This document shows positions 46,693 to 56,109 of a stretch of 64,000 nucleotides of DNA, in pieces. Each line of letters begins with the position of its first letter. The stretch's first letter is position 1. Both the position numbers and the translations under genes were made by a program. Origin of the DNA: Candidatus Portnoybacteria bacterium RBG_19FT_COMBO_36_7 (GTDB lineage: Bacteria; Patescibacteriota; Minisyncoccia; Portnoybacterales; GWB1-42-6); assembly GCA_001819495.1 (NCBI GenBank), contig MHMW01000018.1:3322-67321 (forward strand), given 5' to 3'. The notes under the pieces were generated by a model, which was not told where the DNA came from, did not search any database, and saw nothing but the letters and a program-made list of their open reading frames with translations.

Positions 46693-47814
46693 TTATTTTT
46701 TAATTTTTTTATGTTCTTCCCAGCAATTTTGGACAAAATCTTTTATTTTTTGCTTAAAAATTTCTTTATCAAATTGCATTGCCTGTTCTCTGATTACCTG
46801 CGGATTAAAATCGCTGGCGACAAATTGTTTAAGAGACGAAATCAAAGATTCAACTGTCTGTTCTTTGAAAAATAAGCCACTCACTCCATGCTTTATCGTT
46901 TCCAAGGCGCCACCAGCCTGGTAGGCTATCACCGGCCGGCCCGAAGCCATTGCTTCAAGAGCAGTTATACCAAAGTCCTCTTCTTGTGGAAAAATAAAAG
47001 CCTGACATTTGGCATAAAGTTCGCGGAGTTTAAAATCAGCAACTAGGCCCAAAAATTCAATATTGGGACCGGCCAGACGCCGCAGCTTCACCGAATCAGG
47101 TCCGTCACCGACGATTTTGAGCGGCAGGCCCAGCCGATTAAAAGCTCCAATGGCTATATCAAGGCGTTTATATGAAAGGAGCCTGGCCACTATCAAAAAG
47201 AATCTGTCGATCTGGGGCGAAACATAAAAAAGTTTTGCGTTGACTGGCGGATGGATGACAACGGCTTTTTTTTGATAGTATTTTTGAATCCGCGAAGCGA
47301 CAAATTCGGAATTGGCAATAAATTTATCCGGCCGCTCTGCCGCCGCCTGATCCCAGACACGCAAATAGTTCATAAAAATCGGGATGACGCTTCTGACAAA
47401 AGAAGGATAACCAAATTCTCTGATATATTTATGGCTGTCATCCCAGGCATAGCGGGTCGGCGTGTGACAATAGCAAATATGGAGAGTGCTCGGACGCGTA
47501 ATGATGCCCTTGGCAAAGCTGGCTGAGTCCGAAATAACCAAATCATATTTTGAAAAGTCAAAAGATTCAATCGCCAGGGGCATCAGCATCAAAAAAGGCC
47601 GGTGATGCGATCTGACAAACGGAATTTTCTGCAGAAAAGAAGTTTTTATCCGCCGGCCGTCAAAGGCCTGGCCGGTTCTTGCCCGATCATAAATCAGAGT
47701 AAAGATCGGCGCATCCGGCCAGATCTCGCAAAATGCTTCCAAGACACGCTCGGCGCCGCCATATTGGTTCAAATAGTCGTGAACTAAAGCCACTCTCATA
47801 AATGACAAATGCAC
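46693..47814 (-). CDS. glycosyltransferase family 4
   Basis: It has VALVHDYLNQYGGAERV at the N-terminus and a GT-B C-terminus. Confidence 0.8.
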   Translation of the reverse strand: MHLSFMRVALVHDYLNQYGGAERVLEAFCEIWPDAPIFTLIYDRARTGQAFDGRRIKTSFLQKIPFVRSHHRPFLMLMPLAIESFDFSKYDLVISDSASFAKGIITRPSTLHICYCHTPTRYAWDDSHKYIREFGYPSFVRSVIPIFMNYLRVWDQAAAERPDKFIANSEFVASRIQKYYQKKAVVIHPPVNAKLFYVSPQIDRFFLIVARLLSYKRLDIAIGAFNRLGLPLKIVGDGPDSVKLRRLAGPNIEFLGLVADFKLRELYAKCQAFIFPQEEDFGITALEAMASGRPVIAYQAGGALETIKHGVSGLFFKEQTVESLISSLKQFVASDFNPQVIREQAMQFDKEIFKQKIKDFVQNCWEEHKKIKK

Positions 47815-47832
47815 CCCTCCAGAACAAAAATT

Positions 47833-49296
47833 TTAAACTTTTGATTTTCTGAATAAAACCGCCAAGGGCGTTTTTAACAAAATCTTAAAATCAAGACCTA
47901 AAGACCAATTCTCAATATAATAGGTGTCAATTTTTGCCTCTTCATCAAAATCAATTTCTGAACGGCCGGAAATCTGCGCCAAGCCGGTGACTCCCGGCTT
48001 GATATTGAAAACTTTTTTATGCCATCGCTCGTATTTTGCCACTTCTTTTGGCTGATGAGGCCGCGGCCCGACCAGGCTCATGTTACCAACGAGGACATTA
48101 AAAAATTGTGGCAGCTCGTCCAAGCTGGTTTTTTCCAAAAAGCCACCCAAACGCGTGCGGCGCGGGTCATTGGCTATTTTGTAAACCGGACCGCTTCGGA
48201 TGCTCTGCTTTTCTATCAGTTTGTTTTCCAGAGTGTCAGCCGCGCCGGTTTTATCATACTGGCCGCCGGTACAATATTCAATCTTCATTGAACGAAATTT
48301 ATAAGTATCAAAGTTATTTCTGGGGCCGACGCGTAAGTTTTTATAAATCACCGGCCCCGGCGAATCAAGTTTAATCAAAATGGCAACCGTTGCCATCACC
48401 GGCGAAAAAATTATTATTGCAAAAAGCGAGCCAACCATATCAATTATCCGCTTAATAATTTTGCCCCATCCGTCAAGCGCTGTGCGTTTGAGCTCAATCA
48501 GAGGAACGGCTGCTAAAGTATCAAAATCAACATTCGTTGTCAGAGTCTGAAAAAGATTCGGAACAAATTTAAAGTTTATTTTTTTGTCTTCACAAAATGC
48601 AATAAGCTCCAAAACCTTTCCGCGCGGAAAATTGGGATTAGCCAGAATTATATCGTCAACAAAAAAAACATTTGCTGTTTCTTTGATTGTCTCTATTTCA
48701 AGGTCTCTAAAATATTTTATCAGGCGATACCCCAGCGAAGGCCTCTCTTTTATTTCCTGGATTATTTCCTCTGAAATACCGTCTCCGCCCACCACCACGA
48801 CATTGTGCGAGCCAAAATGATATCTGCCAACGAGGTATCGCTGAAGAGCCCTCACCGCCAAACGACCCCAGCTGACAAAAAAGACAGCCAGAACCCAGGC
48901 CCCAAGGATCAAAAACCGCGAATCAAAGAATTCGCGTTTGATAAAAATATAGATAATGACAACCATTAGGCCCGCAGACGTGGCGATTACAATCCTGAAA
49001 AATTCCTCAAGCAGCTTATTATTTCTTTTCATTGAATAAAGCCCGATAATCGCAAAAACTCCCAGCCATATCAAAGAAACCAAAAACACCAAACCAAGAT
49101 ACCGTTTAAACGGCAGATTTAAAGAAAAAAGCACTGGCCGCCAATTAGCGATTAAGCTGCTGGTTCGTAAGAAATAAGCGGCTATACCGGCTAAAACCAG
49201 CATCAAAAAATCAACCGGAACCAAAATTGCTGTAAAAATAAGCTCGGAACGTTTCATATTTATAATAATCTTAATCTTTTTAAACAAAAATTGCAA
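47833..49296 (-). CDS. polyprenyl-phosphate hexose-1-phosphate transferase (WbaP/bacterial sugar transferase family), the initiating enzyme
   Basis: It has an N-terminal four- to five-TM region and a C-terminal sugar-transferase domain ([28 protein letters not shown]). Confidence 0.8.
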   Translation of the reverse strand: MQFLFKKIKIIINMKRSELIFTAILVPVDFLMLVLAGIAAYFLRTSSLIANWRPVLFSLNLPFKRYLGLVFLVSLIWLGVFAIIGLYSMKRNNKLLEEFFRIVIATSAGLMVVIIYIFIKREFFDSRFLILGAWVLAVFFVSWGRLAVRALQRYLVGRYHFGSHNVVVVGGDGISEEIIQEIKERPSLGYRLIKYFRDLEIETIKETANVFFVDDIILANPNFPRGKVLELIAFCEDKKINFKFVPNLFQTLTTNVDFDTLAAVPLIELKRTALDGWGKIIKRIIDMVGSLFAIIIFSPVMATVAILIKLDSPGPVIYKNLRVGPRNNFDTYKFRSMKIEYCTGGQYDKTGAADTLENKLIEKQSIRSGPVYKIANDPRRTRLGGFLEKTSLDELPQFFNVLVGNMSLVGPRPHQPKEVAKYERWHKKVFNIKPGVTGLAQISGRSEIDFDEEAKIDTYYIENWSLGLDFKILLKTPLAVLFRKSKV

Positions 49297-49319
49297 CTGT
49301 GCGGAAAATATACAAAATA

Positions 49320-49348
49320 TTGACAGATTTTATATTTTGATTTACTAT
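49320..49348 (+). promoter_or_regulatory. sigma-70-type promoter (TTGACA-17-TACTAT) for the AlkP-family gene
   Basis: A consensus -35, a 17-nt spacer and a near-consensus -10 are followed by the strong SD AAAAAGGAGGAAAAACAGATG. Confidence 0.5.
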
Positions 49349-49481
49349 AGTCAATATTCAAATTTAGCCGGTGAAGGTTAATTTTTTGTTCTTTAAAATT
49401 AATTAAAATTTATTTTGCGAAAGGGGGTGAAATTTTTTCGGGCAGAAGGAAAAAAGAAAAATAAAAAAGGAGGAAAAACAG

Positions 49482-50378
49482 ATGAAAAAGACGAAAGTGT
49501 TTATTTTGTTATTGGTGGCTTTATTGATTTTTCCGGCAATCTCAGCGGCAAAAAGCCTTGTTGTAATAGGCTGGGACGGAGCGGGCAGCAGAAACGTCAT
49601 CCCGATGCTCCAGGCCGGCAAGTTACCAGGTCTTCAGTCAATTTTGGATGCGGGAGGGGTGTTTTGTGACATTGAGACAATTAATAAGACGGTGACCGTG
49701 CCGACGTGGACACTGATGTTCACAAGTTTAGATTCATCCCAGACTGGTGTAACCACCAATAGAAACACCAGGCAAAAAATTCCTATTGAGGACATAATAA
49801 CAAACCCAATAAGGAATTCGGGATACCTTATTGGGTGGTTTGTGGCCAAGGATTTTTTGTGGAATAACAGCCCCTTGAAAAAAATTATGTCTAATGTTGA
49901 CGCGGGCGGATTATTTACGGCGGTAGATAACGCCGGCGCCTGTCTTGATAATTCGGTAACTGATATAAACCAAAGAGCTGTTCAGTTTATAATGGACAAC
50001 AGAGGAAAAGATTTTTTCCTTTTTGTCCACATCGGCCCGGACTGCTACGGGCACGGGCACGGGGAGAACAGCGAAAGATATCTGTACGAATTCGTCCGTT
50101 CGGACGAGGTAGTACAGAATATCTTGGCTGTGATAGACTTTGACACCCGGATCATGGTTGTGAATGACCACGGATTTGATGAAGGCGCGAGTGACCACCA
50201 GTCTGCGCCAGACCTGTGGATGGTTACAGATCTCCTTATAAAGGAAATTTATCACAACGGGGAGACGAGGGGAACGGTAAGGGATATTCCTCTTACAATC
50301 TGGGATTTCTTCGGAGTTTACGGTTGGCGTGATAATCCTTCCAAGTATCGGGGGAAGAGCATGTTAATTATTGAATAA
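49482..50378 (+). CDS. secreted alkaline-phosphatase-superfamily metalloenzyme (nucleotide pyrophosphatase/phosphodiesterase-like)
   Basis: It has a signal peptide. Metal-ligand and nucleophile motifs are VVIGWDGAG, TVPTWTLMFTS, HIGPDCYGHGHG and VNDHGFDEG. Confidence 0.6.
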   Translation: MKKTKVFILLLVALLIFPAISAAKSLVVIGWDGAGSRNVIPMLQAGKLPGLQSILDAGGVFCDIETINKTVTVPTWTLMFTSLDSSQTGVTTNRNTRQKIPIEDIITNPIRNSGYLIGWFVAKDFLWNNSPLKKIMSNVDAGGLFTAVDNAGACLDNSVTDINQRAVQFIMDNRGKDFFLFVHIGPDCYGHGHGENSERYLYEFVRSDEVVQNILAVIDFDTRIMVVNDHGFDEGASDHQSAPDLWMVTDLLIKEIYHNGETRGTVRDIPLTIWDFFGVYGWRDNPSKYRGKSMLIIE

Positions 50379-50387
50379 AAACACATC

Positions 50388-50427
50388 GGGCTTTGCCTTA
50401 TTTCAGGCAAAGCCCTTTCTTTTTTAC
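50388..50427 (+). terminator. rho-independent terminator
   Basis: A 10-bp stem, GGGCTTTGCC...GGCAAAGCCC, is followed by TTTCTTTTTT. Confidence 0.75.
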
Positions 50428-50471
50428 ATCATCAAATTAAAAAGTAAAAAACAGAAACAATTTTACTTGTC

Positions 50472-50500
50472 TTGACAGATGGAAAAATAAGCATTAAAAT
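50472..50500 (+). promoter_or_regulatory. consensus sigma-70 promoter for rnpB (TTGACA-17-TAAAAT)
   Basis: It has a perfect -35 and a 17-nt spacer. The -10 lies 7-10 nt before the first nucleotide of the P1 helix. Confidence 0.6.
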
Positions 50501-50506
50501 ATGAAT

Positions 50507-50880
50507 ATCCAAGCAAGCTGGGTAATTGCCCTGCACTTTTAATAAAGGTCCAGGGAGGAAAGTCCGAACTCCATCGTTCACTAAAAAGTGAAGGTAAAAA
50601 AGTAGCGGCTAACCGCCGTCCATCGTAAGATGCGAGGTGCGAACAGAGACGCCTGAAACCGAAAGGAATCGGGTATCCTTAATGGATAATTCTTAATGGC
50701 AACATTAAGACTGAAACGGCCAAATCCTTACTGGGAGCAAGATCAAACCTATGAGGCGACAAGCTTGATCTCATAGAGAAAAGTAGATCGCCAGAGCCCT
50801 TGAGCAATCAAAGGCCAAGACAGATAATTATCGCCCCGCAATTGCGGGGTACAGAATTCGGCTTATAGGCTTGCTTGGAT
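50507..50880 (+). ncRNA. rnpB: RNase P RNA (bacterial type A)
   Basis: The P1 helix CCAAGCAAGC/GCTTGCTTGG closes the molecule. Conserved GGAGGAAAGTCCGAACTCC and ACAGAATTCGGCTTATAG (P4 strands) are present. It has its own terminator. Confidence 0.85.
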
Positions 50881-50887
50881 AAATAAA

Positions 50888-50918
50888 AATCCGCTTCTAA
50901 AAAGCGGATTTTTATTTA
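50888..50918 (+). terminator. rho-independent terminator of rnpB
   Basis: Hairpin AATCCGCTTCTAAAAAGCGGATT is followed by TTTATTT. Confidence 0.75.
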
Positions 50919-50941
50919 TCTGAGTTATTGCCAAAACGTTA

Positions 50942-50974
50942 TAAAAAAGGGAAGTCATAAATATGACTTCCCTT
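50942..50974 (-). terminator. rho-independent terminator (minus strand)
   Basis: A 10-bp stem, AAGGGAAGTCATATTTATGACTTCCCTT, is followed by UUUUUUAU on the minus strand. Confidence 0.7.
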
Positions 50975-51354
50975 ACAAATTAACTGCCAGAGAACAAATG
51001 AACTAATAAGCAGTTTTGCGTCATGCTCGGGACAAAATACATGATCCGCAACACGAACAGTGGGTCGCGTGAGGAAATAACCAGCGCATCTTGCATCACC
51101 TCCTTTCTAGCCGGGGATGGAAATCTTTGTGCCATACTTCATTATAGCCTGTCAAAATTAAGGCTAATTGATATGTAGACATCAGGAACATGTTTTCCAC
51201 CCCCTCATTATTAAAGGGATGAGAGTGGATATCAGCTCTTCGTTGCAATATCTCAGCGTCCCAATCAAGGATTTTGAGTCCCCTGCTCTCACCTATAGAT
51301 CTGCCTTGATATCAATCTAGAAGATACACCCCTATCATCTCATCCCCGCCTTTC

Positions 51355-51825
51355 TTAAAACATTTTTTCCTGTTTTTTGTCCAGCGCCTCATTAACCAAT
51401 CTATCTGCTTCTTTGTTTTCTTCTCTGGAAATAGCTTTGAATTTGATTGTACCAAAATCCAGCATTAAGTTCCAGACTTTCAAAAACAACTTCTGGATGT
51501 TTGGCTCTTCGATTTTGTATTCGTGGTTAAGTTGATTGGCGACGAGCTCCGAATCAAGGCGAATTTCGATATTAGATTTTTTTGCCTCTTCTTTGCCAAA
51601 AAGCGCCTTAAATTTTTTGAGCGCAAAAATCACCGCCTGATATTCGGCTTCGTTATTGGTTGCCTCGCCAATGGCTTCGGAATATTTTTTTATCGGCTCG
51701 CTTGCCTCGCCGAAGCCCTCAGTAGCGGACGAAGGCGGGCCTTTTTCGTTAATAATAACTACTCCGATTGCTGAAGGCCCAGGGTTGCCCCTGGAACCAC
51801 CATCTGTGTAAATTATATGCTTCAT
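51355..51825 (-). CDS. rnhA: ribonuclease HI
   Basis: It has the RNase H type-1 motif YTDGGSRGNPGPSAIGVV and a catalytic TNNEAEYQA segment. Confidence 0.8.
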   Translation of the reverse strand: MKHIIYTDGGSRGNPGPSAIGVVIINEKGPPSSATEGFGEASEPIKKYSEAIGEATNNEAEYQAVIFALKKFKALFGKEEAKKSNIEIRLDSELVANQLNHEYKIEEPNIQKLFLKVWNLMLDFGTIKFKAISREENKEADRLVNEALDKKQEKMF

Positions 51826-53579
51826 AGTTTTTTTATATCAGTTATTTTTAACTGCAATTCCCTGCTCCCGTTCCATTCGTCTATTATCAACTCAAACACT
51901 ATATCAATTTTATCGCCGATTTTCAAATCCTGATTGCCATTTTTGGCTAATCTAAAACCAATAGCTTTGAATATTTTATTAGAAAGTTTATCGCTTTTTA
52001 ATTCTAATTTTAAATGCTGGGAACCGTTGCCAACCTGACGCAGATTAACAATTTCAAGCTGTTTTATTAAAAAATTCGGCCGCGGATTGGTTTCTCTGTC
52101 GTATGGTTCAAAACAGGCCATCTCGTCAAAAAATTCCCAGACGATATTTTCCGGCTCAATTTCGGCGTCTATTTCTATAAAAGGCACCAGATCTTCATCC
52201 TTTAATTTTTTTCTGGCAATCTGATTGATTTTTTCCTTAAAATCACCGAATTTATTATTTTTCAGCGCCAAACCGGCTGCGCCAGGATGACCGCCAAATT
52301 CTTTCATCAATTGGCCGCACTGCCCAATTGCTTCAATGATATTAAAACACGGAATACTGCGGGCTGAACCGCGAACTTCTCCTTCGTTTTCTTTAAAAAT
52401 AATGGTCGGCCGGTGATAACGGTCGCAAATTTTACCAGCCACCAAACCAATTACGCCCGGCGACCATTTTTTGTCGCTTTCAATAATGATAGGGTCTAAT
52501 TTATTTTCAATATTCGGTTTTATTCTCGTTTCAATTTCCCGAACTATTTCATCTGTTAATTTTTGGCGCAGTTTATTTTGATCATTTATTTTTTCTGCCA
52601 AAGACCTGGCTTCGTCTCTCGTCTTGGCTAACAAAAGCTCCATCGCCAAACTCGCATGCTTCATTCTTCCTGCCGCATTTAAGCGCGGCGCCAAAATAAA
52701 ACCGAGCGAATAAGTATCAAGGTTGGTCGTCATTGTGTCGGTTTCAAAAACGGGATTCAGTTTAGCGATTTTCATTAATTCCTGCAGGCCAATTCTTTTT
52801 GTTTGAGCAAGCACGATTAAACCATATTTTACCAAAGTCCGATTTTCACCAAGCAAAGGCACACAGTCGGCCACCGTGGCTATCGCCACCAAATCCAACA
52901 GCCATTTTTCCCAGCCTTCTGGAATTGACGATTTGCGATTTGTGATTTGCGATTTGCTAAGCAGTGCTTGCGCTAATTTAAATGCCACTCCGGCGCCGGC
53001 TAATTCCTTAAAAGGGTACCTGTCTTTTTTTTGCCAGGGATCAATAATGATTTTAGACGGAGGCATTTTTTTTCCAATCTGATGATGATCCACAACTATT
53101 ACCTCAACCCCCAGCAAATTGGCTAATTCAATTTCCTTTATATCAGAAATACCACAATCGACTGTCAAAATCAGCATGACTTTCTGTTCGGCTATTTTTT
53201 TAATTGCCTCGGTGTTTAATCCATAGCCTTCAATGATTCTGTCCGGAATATAGACCCCGCCGGATAAATCAGCGCCCAGTTCTTCCAAAATGCTTTTTAA
53301 AATTATTGCTCCGCAGACACCATCGGCATCGTAATCACCAAAAATCGCAATTTTTTCCTTTTTTTCAATTGCTTCATAAATTCTTTTAACCGCTTCTTTG
53401 ACTCCCAACATTAAAAAAGGATCGTGCAGATCCTCTCCATAATCCGGATTAAAAAATTCATCAATCACCTTTTGGGTCTTTAACCCCCGGTTATACAAAA
53501 GCTGTAAAATCAAAGGGCTGTATTCTGGAAATTTTTTAATGAATTCATCCGGCACTTTATCCTTGATCTTCCAAATCAT
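51822..53579 (-). CDS. recJ: single-stranded-DNA-specific exonuclease RecJ
   Basis: 585 aa with DHH (GDYDADGV, VVDHH) and DHHA1 (GGHPGAAG) motifs. It contains an in-frame heptamer repeat. Confidence 0.85.
   Translation of the reverse strand: MIWKIKDKVPDEFIKKFPEYSPLILQLLYNRGLKTQKVIDEFFNPDYGEDLHDPFLMLGVKEAVKRIYEAIEKKEKIAIFGDYDADGVCGAIILKSILEELGADLSGGVYIPDRIIEGYGLNTEAIKKIAEQKVMLILTVDCGISDIKEIELANLLGVEVIVVDHHQIGKKMPPSKIIIDPWQKKDRYPFKELAGAGVAFKLAQALLSKSQITNRKSSIPEGWEKWLLDLVAIATVADCVPLLGENRTLVKYGLIVLAQTKRIGLQELMKIAKLNPVFETDTMTTNLDTYSLGFILAPRLNAAGRMKHASLAMELLLAKTRDEARSLAEKINDQNKLRQKLTDEIVREIETRIKPNIENKLDPIIIESDKKWSPGVIGLVAGKICDRYHRPTIIFKENEGEVRGSARSIPCFNIIEAIGQCGQLMKEFGGHPGAAGLALKNNKFGDFKEKINQIARKKLKDEDLVPFIEIDAEIEPENIVWEFFDEMACFEPYDRETNPRPNFLIKQLEIVNLRQVGNGSQHLKLELKSDKLSNKIFKAIGFRLAKNGNQDLKIGDKIDIVFELIIDEWNGSRELQLKITDIKKL
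52930..52957 (-). repeat. 7-bp tandem repeat (GATTTGC/GATTTGT x4) inside recJ
   Basis: Four copies encode KSQITNRKSS in the recJ protein. Confidence 0.8.
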
Positions 53580-53665
53580 ATAAGTTCAAAATGTAAATCT
53601 CAAAATGAAAACTTAAAATTATTTAAATCCCGCGGGGCGGGATACCTAAATTTTACATTTTTAAA

Positions 53666-54832
53666 CTAATTAAGGGCTTCTATTCCCGGCAATTTATCTC
53701 CTGCCAGAAATTCCAGCATGGCACCTCCCCCCGTGCTAACATGCGAAAAATTATCAATTAGACCGAATTTTTCAACAAAACAAGTCGTTTCACCCCCTCC
53801 GATAATCGAAAAACAGGTAGGGCAATTTGAAATCGAATGAGCCATTGCTTCAGTTCCGTGGCTAAACTTATCAACTTCAAAATATCCCATCGGACCGTTC
53901 CAGATAACCATTTTCGAAGCCCGAATCACCGAATCAAAAACCTTTTCAGTTTCCGGCCCGATATCCAGAATTAGTTCGCCCTCGCCGGTTCTGCCAACCG
54001 GATCGATTTTAATTTCGGCTTGGCCGGTCTTGTCTGCACTCGCCACCACATCAACAGGAATATGCAATTTAGTATCTGTCAGCTTTAATTTTTTTAAATC
54101 CGGAATTACTTCTTCTTCTATTAAAGACTTTCCAACGGCAATTCCCTGAGCGTGAAGAACGGTATTGGCCAGCGCTCCCCCAAGAATTATATGGTCTGCC
54201 TTTTTTAAATATTCCTCAATCAGCTTCATCTTGGTTGAAATTTTTGCGCCGCCGATGACGACTGTCAGGGGCCGCTCCGGATTTTCCAAAACCTTTGAAA
54301 GAGCCTCAAATTCTTTTTGTAAAAGCAACCCTGCAAATGACGGTAAATATCTTGTTACGCTGACAATTGAAGCATGGACTCTGTGCGAAGCGCCGAATGC
54401 ATCATTGACATAGACTTCTGCGAGTCCTGATAATTTTTTGGCGAAATCATCGCTATTTGCTTCTTCTTCGGGATGGAATCGTAAATTTTCCAGCAATAAA
54501 ATTTCATCGTTTTTCAGCTGATTGACTAATTTTTCTACTTCCGGACCGATACAATCCGGGGCCATTTTTATCTCTATGCCAAGCAGTTCACCCAGTCTTT
54601 TCTGCACCGGTGACAACCGCATTTCTCCAACCACTTTTCCTTCGGGCCGGGCGAAATGCGAGGACAAAATAATCTTTGTTTTCTGTTCCAATAAATATTT
54701 TATCGTCGGGAGGCTCGCCCGAATCCTATAATCATCCAGAATTTTGCCGCTGTCATCAATCGTGATATTGAAATCATTCCTAACCAGAACTTTTTTACCT
54801 GCTAAATTGCCTGCTTCGCTAATTGTTCTCAT
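53666..54832 (-). CDS. pgk: phosphoglycerate kinase
   Basis: It has RNDFNITIDD and GGGA-type motifs, and the full length is colinear with Pgk. Confidence 0.9.
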   Translation of the reverse strand: MRTISEAGNLAGKKVLVRNDFNITIDDSGKILDDYRIRASLPTIKYLLEQKTKIILSSHFARPEGKVVGEMRLSPVQKRLGELLGIEIKMAPDCIGPEVEKLVNQLKNDEILLLENLRFHPEEEANSDDFAKKLSGLAEVYVNDAFGASHRVHASIVSVTRYLPSFAGLLLQKEFEALSKVLENPERPLTVVIGGAKISTKMKLIEEYLKKADHIILGGALANTVLHAQGIAVGKSLIEEEVIPDLKKLKLTDTKLHIPVDVVASADKTGQAEIKIDPVGRTGEGELILDIGPETEKVFDSVIRASKMVIWNGPMGYFEVDKFSHGTEAMAHSISNCPTCFSIIGGGETTCFVEKFGLIDNFSHVSTGGGAMLEFLAGDKLPGIEALN

Positions 54833-55581
54833 GTTAAATCATTTAAACTATTGGCTATTTTTGAAAATTCTTGACCGTCTAAACTGGCACCGCCCACAAG
54901 CACCCCCTGTAAGCGCGCTTCCTTGACGTAGCTGGCCGCGTTTTGGGCGTCAACACTGCCGCCATAAAGAATACGGATTTTTTCCGCCAAAAAGCGGCTA
55001 TAGAGAACAGAAAGGGTTTTTTTAACAAAAAGACTGGCGCTCAACGCGTCATCAGGCAAACACGGCTTACCAGAACCAACTATTCCTGAACTTATAGCCC
55101 AAACCGGCTCATAAACCAGAATAATATCTTCTATCTGGTTCTTGGCGACATCCTTCAGGCATTTTTCCAGCTGAGCGGAAAGAACATGGCCCATTTCTTC
55201 GCCCTCTCGCTCGCCTAAGCAAAGAATCGGTGTCAAGCCGCATTTCAAAGCCATTTTTAATTTGCCGTTAATTATTTCATCTGATTCGCCTGCGTACTCC
55301 CGGAGTTCCGAATGACCTAAAATAACATAATCACAGCCGAGGTCTTTTAACATTTTTCCGGAAACTTGGCCGGTATAAGGCCCCTGCGCTTCCCAAAACA
55401 TATTCTGACCGCCAAGCTTAATACTTTTTGGCGAGCCAAATACTGAAAGAAAAGGAAAAGGCGGACAGATTATTGTCTCAACGTTCTTTAACCTGCCCAA
55501 ATCAACAATCATGTCAAATAAATGCCTGGCCTCCCGCGAGGTCTGCGGATTCATCTTCCAGTTAGCGACAAGAAATGTCAT
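54829..55581 (-). CDS. tpiA: triosephosphate isomerase
   Basis: It has LVANWKMN, the catalytic segment ILGHSELRE and GGS. Its stop overlaps the pgk start. Confidence 0.9.
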   Translation of the reverse strand: MTFLVANWKMNPQTSREARHLFDMIVDLGRLKNVETIICPPFPFLSVFGSPKSIKLGGQNMFWEAQGPYTGQVSGKMLKDLGCDYVILGHSELREYAGESDEIINGKLKMALKCGLTPILCLGEREGEEMGHVLSAQLEKCLKDVAKNQIEDIILVYEPVWAISSGIVGSGKPCLPDDALSASLFVKKTLSVLYSRFLAEKIRILYGGSVDAQNAASYVKEARLQGVLVGGASLDGQEFSKIANSLNDLT

Positions 55582-55620
55582 GAATTATTTTGTGCTGATA
55601 AGATTATATTTGAATAAATA

Positions 55621-56109
55621 TTACATAAAAGGCAATTTAAGCACTCCTAATGTTATAGCACCGACAATCAGCCCAGCTATCAAAACGCCGACAATAATTG
55701 AAGGAATGGCTTGTTTTGGGGGAATTCCAAAAACAAAAGCTGCTACTGCGCCCGACCAGGCGCCGGTCAGCGGCAAAGGAATCGCCACAAATATTGCCAA
55801 TGCCAATGGACCCCAGATCTCAAAATGTCTAGAATGGCGATTTCTTGTTCTCTCGAAAAGCCAGGCAAAAAAACGATTAAACCAGTAATTGCGGTGACTA
55901 AGATATTGGGTGATTTTGTCCAGAAAAAAAACAAAAAAGATAGGCGGTATAAGGTTCCCGATGAATGACCATAAAAAAGCTGGCCAAAAAGACAAACCAA
56001 AATTCGTCAGAGCAATCGGCAGCGCCCCCCTAATCTCAAAGACGGGAAGCATTGCGATAAAGAATGTTTTAATTTCGGCAATGCTTATTTTTAAAAGGAG
56101 AACTTGCAT
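55621..56109 (-). CDS. small membrane protein of the putative small multidrug export family (Sm_multidrug_ex-like)
   Basis: 162 aa with four TM helices and an FEIRGALPIAL motif. Confidence 0.45.
   Translation of the reverse strand: MQVLLLKISIAEIKTFFIAMLPVFEIRGALPIALTNFGLSFWPAFLWSFIGNLIPPIFFVFFLDKITQYLSHRNYWFNRFFAWLFERTRNRHSRHFEIWGPLALAIFVAIPLPLTGAWSGAVAAFVFGIPPKQAIPSIIVGVLIAGLIVGAITLGVLKLPFM

Noticed and set aside
51095-51108. A 14-nt exact match to the 3' tail of 16S rRNA (ATCACCTCCTTTCT) on the plus strand. It was considered as an rRNA fragment or a pseudogene end.
   Set aside because: There is no flanking 16S-like sequence. On the opposite strand it is a perfect Shine-Dalgarno element (AGAAAGGAGGTGAT), correctly spaced before an ATG of a small ORF.
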